Part shown: positions 37,201-47,400 of the stretch, piece by piece
Position numbering within the stretch: position 1 is the first letter of the stretch
Layout of the letters: every line of letters starts with the position of its first letter
Origin: Macrostomum lignano
Lineage: Eukaryota
Assembly (NCBI GenBank): GCA_002269645.1
Contig: NIVC01003082.1
Span: forward strand, 1-64,000
Reading direction: 5' to 3'
DNA length: 64,000 nucleotides
The notes under the pieces: model-generated
What the model was told of the DNA's origin: nothing
The model's database searches: none
Seen by the model: the letters and a program-made list of their open reading frames with translations, nothing else
Position numbers and translations under genes: made by a program

Positions 37201-38126
37201 ATTATTATTTTCTTTTTTACTTCTTACTTCTATTAATGATTAATATTATATTATAGTATTAAATTGGCCATACTCAGGAAGGTGTACATTATGGCAGAAA
37301 ATTCCGGCACATATCAATGAAAAATGTGCACAAAGTAGCGCACATGGCACACAACAAAGGCTTAGCAGAAGTTTTTAGCATACAGTGGCATATAGAAAAA
37401 GCAGATAAAAAAATTAGCTTATAATGAGTCATCTAAATGTATAATCTGCAAATGCAATATGTAAAATATGCTTTTAGATTGTTTTTTCCAAGCATATTAA
37501 TTAAAAATTTGTTTCTTGGTAAGTGAAACAAATAATAAAATTCAAAATAGGATTTTACTATTTAGTTTAAACTATTTTTTTAACAATTTTCTATGTGGAC
37601 TAAAATAAAGCACAAAGTTTTGAGTTAAAATAAGCCTGCAAAAGGTATAAAAATGTATCTGTTTTTTTACTTTCATTTTAATTGGACTTTTATTAAGTTT
37701 TTTTGTTACAGCACATTGATACTCTAGCTAGGCCTATGTATTTGTCAATAAACAAATGTAGGCCTCGTCGCACAAATTCATATTTTTTAGCTTTGTGCAC
37801 AGTGCATACTCCAAAAATATGCTAAAATATATTCCCGTGCACATGTTACACTTTCTTGAGTGTGGTAAATTGACCTATACTATAGGTATTAAAACTTTAT
37901 AAGGACATAAGGTTAAAGAATACCATTAACTGAGCCTATTTTATAAATTATAACATAGCATAATATAATATAACAAAGGCCTAATTTTAGAGAACATATA
38001 TTAGGCCTAATAAAATTGATAAAACAAATAAAAGTCATTAAAAGCTTACCCAGTTTCTATATCAAACACTTTGTTGACCTTTCCTAGTGTCCCACTTTTA
38101 TGTCCAAAAACATTTACTTTATTCAT
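28264..38126 (-). CDS. TBC1D31: TBC1 domain family member 31 (WD40 + TBC + coiled coil), 8 coding exons, about 1009 aa
   Basis: Exons 38126-38050, 35301-35143, 34701-34241, 33591-33422, 32987-32465, 31858-31146, 29907-29713 and 28995-28264. All are GT-AG, phases are consistent, total 3030 nt. Hallmark segments YLPLLAFPFVKLFQN, WFEYFPNPPLNIL and QYPLFNRYPVFIVDYQ. Exon 1 (26 aa) is the least certain. Confidence 0.92.
29265..29655. repeat. 26-bp minisatellite, TBC1D31 intron 7
   Basis: GCTAAGGGGAATTCCCAAGGTTTATT, about 15 units. Confidence 0.95.
30018..31015. repeat. 21-bp minisatellite, TBC1D31 intron 6
   Basis: GATCCCGAATCCCATATTGCA, about 47 units, with internal block duplications. Confidence 0.96.
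31965..32450. repeat. 30-31-bp minisatellite, TBC1D31 intron 5
   Basis: GGGGGAATTGCTGAGATGTCAAGGCTCATG, about 16 units. Confidence 0.95.
33036..33390. repeat. 30-bp minisatellite, TBC1D31 intron 4
   Basis: ACCTGAACCTACAAAACCTGAAACCCAATC, about 12 units. Confidence 0.96.
33755..34100. repeat. Degenerate AACAAAGAGTCGGAA-based repeat, TBC1D31 intron 3
   Basis: Recurrent CCAGAACAAAGAGTCGGAA / AACAAAGAGCCTGAA motifs with irregular spacing. Confidence 0.8.
34711..34932 (-). mobile_element. 5'-truncated SINE copy in TBC1D31 intron 2
   Basis: Minus strand has the B box GGTTCGATTCCC, the shared body and an ATT-rich tail. The A box is missing. Confidence 0.85.
36225..36475. repeat. Degenerate array related to the intron-5 repeat, in TBC1D31 intron 1
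   Basis: GGGGAATTGCTGAGATATCAAGGCTCATGGG at 36443-36473, plus decayed neighbouring units. Confidence 0.75.
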
Positions 38127-41100
38127 ATCAAGCTTTGGCTGTTGCTCTTTGTTCAGTAGAAAATGAAAATGCTGCTGTGTTTATTTAATTACACCTATCT
38201 GCTATCAATACTACTAGACTAGACAGAGTAGACCTATGACTTGACTCTATTTTTAGTTTTTCTTTCTTAGTTTATCTGAACAATAGTTTCGGACTAATAA
38301 GTGCTTATAAACACTTTATTGTTCACAAAAAGTCACTCAGCCAGTGTTTTTTCTTTTGTTAGGCTAAATCTACACTCTGGCCTGGCAGACTGGCACACAA
38401 GCCTTTATAAATTATTACATAATTGATAGACCGAAAGAAAGAATATATTATAATAATTGCAACAAAAAATTAACGGCTGTAGTGGGTACTATTAACGATA
38501 ACGATTAACGAAATGCAGCTAGCTAGCCTGCAGTCTAACCTCTGGTACTAAGATTAGGGCCTAGTAGGCACACCAAACAACACTTTACTTTCTTCTTCAT
38601 TCAATATGGAATGACTCGAATTTGAATTGCACTGGATCCTGGAATTTGATATTGTAACGCGTATGTACAAATCACCGTTTTTTAATTAAATGTTTTTAGT
38701 AGCCCTTTCTAGAAACTGCTTAAAAATTAAAGTTCGATTAAAAAAATTAAAAATTTTATCACAGCTGACAAATGTTAATGTTTGTTATACAGGCTCTTCT
38801 TGTTTACTCTTTAACGAGTAATTACGAACATAAATGTTTTTCATGGAAAAAAAACTTCCAGCAGGCCGGCTTTTGCGGTTATTAAAGCAGTATTTTTTAA
38901 TACCTAGACGTGTTTTCTGTTTATGTTAAATAGAATGGTAGCAGTGACAACCACTTTTCACAAAATATTTTGGTGCTAAAATTTGTTTAGTTTCCATTCA
39001 CCCGAGGCGATACCATCAAGTTTTATAAACTTTTGTATTTGCTGTCATGTCATGACTCATGGCATGCTACTATACATGCCATCGCCTGATTCATTGGCGC
39101 CGGATTGACTGGATACCTGGCACTGGCATGGCATGGCAAATCAAATATAGCCCCTTCCCTAGGCACATTATAGAGAATGTAGAGGCTTAATAATAATAAT
39201 ATATTTGATTTTTTTATTTTAATTGACATGTTGACACACTGTATTAAATTAAGCATCCAGTTTTGTCCCTTTATGGCTTTAAACTATGCCTACCCTTTAA
39301 ATAGGCAGTTGTTATTTCTCCAGTGGCTGTATAAATAACAAAACATTTCTTTCTCTAATGCATACGTAAAACTAATATGGTTGCATAAGTTAGTGGGTCC
39401 AGTGAGATTTTAGGCAATCTTCAAGTTTCGTTTGTTTAATTATTTCCGGAATTATTTTTGCCCTTTATTTAAGGGTGGTGGGGGTGGGTGTTGGAATTAA
39501 ACGAACAAAACTTGAAGATAACCAGATTTTATTCATTTTAAAACTTGTAACTTTCTCATTTTTTATTATGTAGTATGATTGGAAAGGGCTAGATCTTGTA
39601 TGTATGAGTAAAAAGACACCTCACTTTTGAATTTTGGTCAAGTAATAAAAAAGTTATAACACTTTTAGTGTCATATTTTTTTATACTTCCGTAATGCAAT
39701 TTTCCCATAAGGCACTGCCTGATTGCAGCGCATGGGCATTTTGGCAGATGGCGTCCAGCGCAGATTGGCCTGGCGGCAGCGCAGCGCGCGGTGGCATGGC
39801 ATGTGGCGGCGGCGCGCGGCGGCATGGCAGGTGCTTCGGCAACTGGCGGCAACAAAGGGCCAGGTCAACATCGATTGATGCAAGCCATTGACTGACTAAT
39901 TGAACCAAATCACTGATCCTGGGGACTGGCTTTGGCGTGGTACGGGTAGATGTCTGGCGCGGTTCAGACCTTGGCTGCCTGGCACTGTGATCATTTTTGC
40001 TCAAAGGTCTGATTTTCCAAGTTATAATTAACATAACTTTTGAACTATTCAATGGATTTTCATTCTTTATATGTCATTTTTAGCATTTTTCTTGTAGATT
40101 ATTTTGCATTAGTCCTTTGAAAAATATAAGTAATAGTTTTTCTTTTATTCTCAAAATAAAAATATGCCATATAGAGAATTTCAACCCTTATACCATAATT
40201 AAGCCTGTTTTGTCCTTATATAGATCATCCAGATGTAACAGCAAGCCGATCCAGCTGGCTGGCAAGGGGCCCAGCCAAGGTAAGCTGCAAAAATGCATAT
40301 TCAAAACATTTCAAAAAAGTAGTACTGATTAGCTGACGAGGCATTTAGCCCTTATAATACAGTCATAGTTACTCCCACCGTTTACCCAAACATGACGTTA
40401 ACTATGCCCATCCTTTTTTTATAGTTAAGTTTTTTTCGATTAAAAAGTAAGTTGTACAGCCATTGTATTCATGTACATACATACTTATATGCACATATAA
40501 TGTCCAATGCAATGAAACTTGATAGTTAACTCAAAATCTATTTGACTAATAAGGTGACGAGTCACTTTCCTATGAAGCAGTGGTAAACTTACTCCTGCTG
40601 TTTACCCAAAACATTGGTGCCATCACTGGAGTTGCGGGAAGAGCTGGCAATGAGATCATTGTTTCGTCTTGTTTGTTGCCAGTTTAGATAATAAAACAGA
40701 AGAAAAAAACACCATCGATGCATATTTGAAAAAAATTGCACAACATTTTCTATTTTAAATGGCAGTTTACATGTATTTTGGCTCAAACTTTGAATTAGTA
40801 TTGTGTAAATGTGGGAATACATATTAACAAGCAGTTTTCAACATTAGAAACTATGTTGCTAGTATAATAGAAAGCATCATTCAAAAGTTCCATCGATGGT
40901 TTTTCAAAGGACAAAAACTCAAAAACAAAATTTTGCTGGCCTCTTATAGGGATACATGAAAAAATTTTAGAAAATTTTTTTTCAGTTTTTTGTAGTCAAA
41001 TATGTTTATATTCCATTGTGTTCACTACCTTGTGTTATAGTCTTTCACTTTTGCAATGATTTTCAATTTTCTAGAAGCATATGTTTTTCCCATTTTTGGC

Positions 41101-41418
41101 TTCATTTTATAAATTAAGTACAAAATGTATAAAGTTTGACCTAGTGTAACTTTTCTCATACTTGCACAATTTAAACAATCAGACACTCACTAGAAAGTAG
41201 CATAGCATTCATCAGCTTTTTAGTTTATATTGTGGCTTTTTTAATTTTTATACTATGTATAGTTTTTATTTTATTCATTTTTAAAGTTAATACCTTTTTT
41301 ACATTTTTTCAATTTTTCCTACCTTGTATATAGCTCATGGGACTCGCTATATAAGATTTTAAGCATATAGGGCCTAAATAGCAAACCCAAAGCATGTTAT
41401 TTTTATATAGGGCCTAGT

Positions 41419-42753
41419 ATTACATTACAACAATGCTAGGGTTGGGGCCCGGGGGGGCACTAGTGTGCATACGATTGCAGAAAAAAGGGGCAGGGCAGGT
41501 TGCAGCAGTCTGGGAAGTCAGTCCAATTGCCTCTAGGTTGGAAACAAGTGCCTCAAAGGGTCTGGGTCTGTCCTTGGCTGCGGCAGAACCTTTTGATTGG
41601 TGGGTGTAGAACAGCCAGTCTAAGCAGGTTGTTGCCCTTGTGGGCAAACTGTTGCAGGAAGTGTCCCAGCAGGGCCTAGCAGCGCTGGCGAAGGGTGGCA
41701 CTAAGGGATGGCGATTTTGATCTTGCCATCAGCTGGGCCATCAGGAGGATTGCCAGTAGCACACGCCTAGCACCTTGCGCAGCAGGTTGCAGTGCATCAT
41801 GTCCAGGGCCCGCTTTTGCGTGGTTGTCATCAGGACAGCCTCCATGCCATAGAGAAGGTTTGGCTCTATGACAGCGAGGAACAGGTGAATCTTCAGGTTG
41901 TCCCATACTCGTGCATGGCGTGCCAGGCCTGGGTCCTCCTGTCCACGATGATCGCCTCTGGGCTCATCACGAGGGTGCCTAAGTACCAGAAGTCACTGCA
42001 CATTGAGATGGCCTTGCCATTCGGCAGGGTCAGCAGTGGGGCATTGTCAGCACCCACATGCAGTATCTCCATCTTGCCTGCATTAATCTGCAGGCCGATC
42101 CGAGTGCCTTCTTTGGAGAGTCAAGTAAGAGTATGCTGGGCTGCTATAGGGTCTTGGCATAGCAGCGCAATGTTATTAGTGTAGGCAAGGGCTGCGAGCA
42201 TCACAGCAGTGTGACAGGAGCTATGCTGAGGTGCAAGGATAAAGCTGTTGTTGTCTCGAAGGCAGCAGTGCAGGATGTAGTCAACAGCTAGAATGAAAAG
42301 CAGGGGAGATAACAGGTCCCCTTGCAGCACCCCGGAAGTGGTATCAAACTTGTCCATAAGGCCATTGCTAGAGTCAACAAATGCCTTGGAGTTGTGGTAT
42401 AGGTCCATAACTGCCATCACCAAGGTGTTGGGGATGCCAATATGCCATACTGAGCCAGGAGCCAGGCTAAAGCCATCTTGCTGACAGAGTTGAAGGCCTT
42501 CCAGAAGTCAATAAAAGACAATAGACATGGCTTGAAGATGAGTCTTGCAGGTTTTGACAATCTGCTCTGTGGTGGATCTGCCTGGCCTGAAGCTGCTTTG
42601 TAGCCCAAGCAGCGGCGAGTTCAGGACAGGAAGGAGCCAATTGCACAACACTGCATTCAGCAGCTTTGGCAGTGGGCACTCCAGTGCGATGCTGCGTTGG
42701 TTGTCAAGGCTTGTAGAGGTGCCCTTCTTCAGGATAGAGACCCTTCCAAAGTG
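41419..42753 (-). mobile_element. 5'-truncated RTE/RTEX-like non-LTR retrotransposon, decayed reverse transcriptase
   Basis: RT motifs SFRPGRSTTEQI, IDFWKAFNSV, GVLQGDLLSPLLF, AYTNN (for YADD) and FWYLG. 9-bp TSD GGGCCTAGT at 41410-41418 and 42754-42762. Short (GTAAT)2 3' tail. Frameshifts present. Confidence 0.88.
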
Positions 42754-43619
42754 GGGCCTAGTCATTGCCTATAAGCCTAAGAAGCAGAATAGCAAAATGG
42801 CTATATTTTTTTGTCATAGGAAAATTTTTTAGGTAAATTAATAGTACATTAATGTACTATAAAATTACTGGTACATTAATAAAGATCTAATAGAAATTCC
42901 TATTGTATTAATATATTAGAAGCAATAATTCAAAAATTAAAAACCATTTATAATTTGCACTCTATTTTATTAGTCCATCCACCTATACTAAATCTTACTT
43001 GCCCTTGCCTAAGTAAAAAACAACTTACTTTATAAAAAATTGTAAACTAAAAAAAGTTACAAAACCTTTAGTTTGTATAGTTATCCCTATTTTTTTATTA
43101 CTTTTATAATATATCCATATACTAAAAATGAAAATATTGCTTGTTTGTTTGTAGGAAATCAATTGTCTCCTAAAAGGCTCAACCAATTTTGTTCAAATTT
43201 TGCCTAAAAACAAGTGTAGTATGATTATTTTGCTGAAAACTAGTTTTTTGCTGAATGCTAATTTAACATACCTTTTTTATTTGACCAATCGTTTTTATGC
43301 TTAAGCTTAATATCATTTTTTAACTATATAATATATAATATATAATAATAATATATAATATATAATATATAATAATCCTTAATAAGACAGCCATAGTTAC
43401 TCCTGCCATTTACCCAAAATTGCATTTATTTGCTTTAGGGTTTCTTTCATAGTTAAGTCACATTTTTGGTCAAAAAGTAAGTCACGTGGCCAGTGTAAAT
43501 CAGGGGGGTTGTACATATATGCCTAAATAAGTCAATTTTAGGCCTAAAATGTGGGAGACTATAGAAAAAAAAATTGCTATTTTTATAGGTAATTCTTATC
43601 TGTTTTTAAAAAACAGATG

Positions 43620-44060
43620 TCAGTGATCTCATATCTAAGCTCCTCAAGTAGGTACACAATAATTTTTAAATATAGCCCCTCCTCCAAGTCTAATGCAAGC
43701 ATAATGCACCTCGTGAGTGCCAGGACAAAGGCTTCTGCTAGGAGGCCTCTCACAATGTATTTAAATTCATTCCAGCAAGCTGAATTCCCAAAAACTCCAT
43801 TTTTACTTTTGGAAAGAGCCAGAAATCTTGTGGTAGCCAGATCTGGAAAGTAACGCAGATGATTGATTTTGAATTAATAAATGTGCATTATTGCAATAGA
43901 AAACCATTGCTGCTAGGCTAGGCCTGTCAAATGCCTCTTTCACCTATCAAATTTCTTGTAGGTAGTAGAAGATCTGTCTCTTAAACAGTTGGTTGTCTGA
44001 ATTGGCTTTGGGCAGTGCCTTAGCCTCATTACTTTCCTTCATTTTTGCTACATTTTTGTG
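43620..44060 (-). mobile_element. Mariner-like transposase fossil
   Basis: YFPDLAT-(frameshift)-DFWLFPKVK near 43852-43800 matches the mariner YSPDLAPxDFWLFPKLK motif. FYCNNAH upstream matches LLHDNARPH. No TIRs found. Confidence 0.7.
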
Positions 44061-44419
44061 GAAAACTATATTGCACTGGCTGGTTAAAGTTCAATAATTT
44101 GCAATTTTATAGAGTGAATATTTAAAATATTTATTTATTCACCAATTATTTACCCTTAATAACTTATTCCATCAAAATGTATCTACAGTTGAGGCTACTC
44201 CAATGTGTTTTTTCTCAATTTGTTAGATTTTTGTTTGAGTTAAGTTTGCAAGAATTGTTACTTATCCAGCCATCTTGTCATTTTTACTGGGACTGATAAT
44301 GTATTCGAAATTAATTTCATGCAAATACGCAATGTTTTAATCTCATTTTAAAACCTGACAAGACGTCCTATTCAATAACGGCATCTATTTGTCTAATCAA
44401 TATTTGATCCGCGTTTCCC

Positions 44420-47400
44420 ATGGCAACCGATGCGCCTCCGAGCACAGCAGCAGAGACGCCGGCTTCGGGACAGGCCGAGCAGCAGCCGCCGTTGCTGTCC
44501 GCAGTCGATCCGTCGGCATCTTCGTCGACAACCACGTCGCCGCCGCCTCTGGCGCCGATTCGCACTGAACGACATCCGTCCAGCTCTTCAACCGCGTCGT
44601 CGTTCGATTCAACTTGCGTCACGTCGCCGTTGACTCCCGGCGGTGCTCCCGGCGCTCCGTTTCGAAGTCCGGGCGCCGCCGGTTTTGGCGCCACCGGGGG
44701 AGGCGCCGCAGGCGTTGGAGGAAGCGGCGCCACTTCTCACGATCTCAGCGAAGAGCTGCTAGCTGCTGGCTGGAGGAAATTCTGGTCTAAGCGCGAAAAT
44801 CGGCCCTACTATTTTAATAAGCTTACTAATCAGTCTCTGTGGGAACCGCCTACTGCCGCACTGCCCGGGGTGAAACGCACCCTGTCTGATCCGGCGGCTG
44901 CTGTGCCCAACCATCACCATCAGCATCATCAGCAGGGACCGTCGGCTCCAAAGCGACCAAGCTTTGGTGGTCCTCAGGCGCTTGGTAAAGAGATTAAAAA
45001 CTGACTGTCCCATCATTGATAAAGTGTCTGTCACATCCTGATGCAGTTGCTGTCACATCCTGATGCAGTGGCTGTCACATCCTGATGCAGTGGCTGTCAA
45101 ATCCTAATATAGTGGCAGTCACATCCTGATAGTGTCTGTCACATCCTTATACAGTGGCTGTCACATCCTTATACAGCTTATCACATCCTGAACAGGGACT
45201 GTCACATCCTGATAGTGTCTGTCACATCATAATACAGTGTCTGTCGCATCTTAATGCAGTGTCTGTCACATCCTGATTCAGCCGACTTTCAGATTATAGT
45301 TTTTTTAGTTTAGGTTTCTCTGCTGAAAAATATCTAGCCTAAAATGTTAAATTAGCCTAGGCTTATGCTGCTAAACCGTTTGCGCGTGACAGTAAAACCA
45401 TTTTTGGGATTAGCTAGGTACAGAAAAATCGTCTGATCTATTATACGTTTAGTAGTATTTTATCCTCTCGGATTTTGTAAATCCTAATCGGCTTAGCGTG
45501 TGGCGCAATACTTCAATATCAACTCTCCAATATCAAATCGTCACTCGGCAATTGTCACTCTCCAATTGTCAAATTGTCACTCGTCAATTGTCACTCTTTA
45601 ATATCAAATTGTCACTCTCGAATTGTCAAATTGTCACTCGTCAATTGTCACTCTTTAATATCAAATTGTCACTCCAATTGTCAAATTGTCACTCGTCAAT
45701 TGTCACTCTCCAATTGTCAAACTGTCACTCGGCAATTGTCACTCTCCAATTGTCAAACTGTCACTCGTCAATTGTCACTCTCCAATATCAAATTGTCACT
45801 CGTCAATTTTCACTCTCCAATTGTCAAACTGTCACTCGTCAATTGTCACTCTTTAATATCAAATTGTCACTCTCGAATTGTCAAATTGTCACTCGTCGAT
45901 TGTCACTCTTTAACATCAAATTGTCACTCTCCAATTGTCAAACTGTTACTCGTCAATTGTCACTCTCCAATTGTCAAACTGTCACTCGTCAATTGTCACT
46001 CTCCAATTGTCAAATTGTCACTCGGCAATTGTCACTCTCCAATTGTCAAACTGTCACTCGTCAATTGTCACTCTCCAATATCAAATTGTCACTCGGCAAT
46101 TGTCACTCTCCAATTGTCAAACTGTCACTCGTCAATTGTCACTCTTTAATATCAAATTGTCACTCTCGAATTGTCAAATTGTCACTCGTCGATTGTCACT
46201 CTTTAACATCAAATTGTCACTCTCCAATTGTCAAATTGTCACTCGTCAGTTGTCACTCTCCAATTGTCAAACTGTCACTCGTCAATAGTCACTCTCCAAT
46301 TGTCAAACTGTCACTCGTCAATTGTCACTCTCCAATTGTCAAACTGTCACTCGTCAATTGTCACTCTCCAATTGTCAAACTGTCACTCGTCACGCCTGTG
46401 CATTTCCCATAAGCTTGGCCCATTGCCCTGCTGTTGCCCCCTCAGACGCAGCCTGGAACTTCAGCGTGCACAGCAACTGCGTGACGCTGGAACGGCCACC
46501 CCGGAGACTGTTCCAGCCTCATCCGGAAACTGAGCTACTAAGGGCCCAGCTAATCGCGAAGCTGCGCCAGCACTATTCGGAGCTGTGTGTCAGTAGGGAA
46601 AATATTCAACCGCCGCCTGACAGTTTCAATCGTTGGTTAATTGAGCGATACCTGAGCGACAAAGGCTCGGATCCGCTGTTTCCTAGCGACTGCGATAACG
46701 AATTGAGCTATGCTCTGTTTAGAGAGATTATCAACGATTTGCCTGTGCGACTATGCCGGCCTAAGCTTAGCGCCGATGCTAAGAAGCAGCTTTATCGGTA
46801 TGCTGAGGCGTCCAAGGTTAGTAAACTACTTGTAGTAGCACAGTGTGTGTATGTGAATATTTATTTTCTAAGATTATTTACTTTCTTTGCTATTCATTTT
46901 TTCTTTTCTTCTTTTAAGTCTTGTAAGATTCTCATAAAGCCTATGGGTCAATGAGTATCATTTCTCAAGGGGAGTCAATGAGTGCCATTTCTCTCGAGGG
47001 TCAATGAGTGCAATTTCTTTAGGGGAGTCAATGCGTGCCATTTCTCTCAAGGGTCAATGAGTGCCATTTATTTAGGGGAGTCAATGCGTGCCATTTCTCT
47101 CAAGGGTCAATGAGTGCCATTTTTTAGGGGGGGGGGGTCAATAGGTGCCATTTCTGTCGAGGGTCAATGAGTGTCATTTCTCTAGGGGGATCAATGGGTG
47201 CCATTTCTTTAGGGGGGGTCAATGGGTGTCATTTCTCTCGAGGGTCAATGAGTGTCATTTCTCTAGGGGGATCAATGGGTGCCATTTCTCTCGAGGGTCA
47301 ATGAGTATCATTTCCTAGGGGAGTCAATGGGTGCCATTTCTCTCAAGGGTCAATGAGTGCCATTTCTCTAGGGGAGTCAATGCGTGCCATTTCTCTCAAG

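Noticed and set aside
40350-43520. Direct repeats ATAGTTACTCC...TTTACCCAAA at about 40365, 40585 and 43390 as LTR or element ends
   Set aside because: Too degenerate, with no TSD or TG..CA ends. Probably fragments of an old non-autonomous DNA element.
45498-46412. Leu/Ser/Cys-rich ORFs (304 aa and others)
   Set aside because: Translation of the 36-bp intronic repeat. The real PCIF1 exon starts at 46446.
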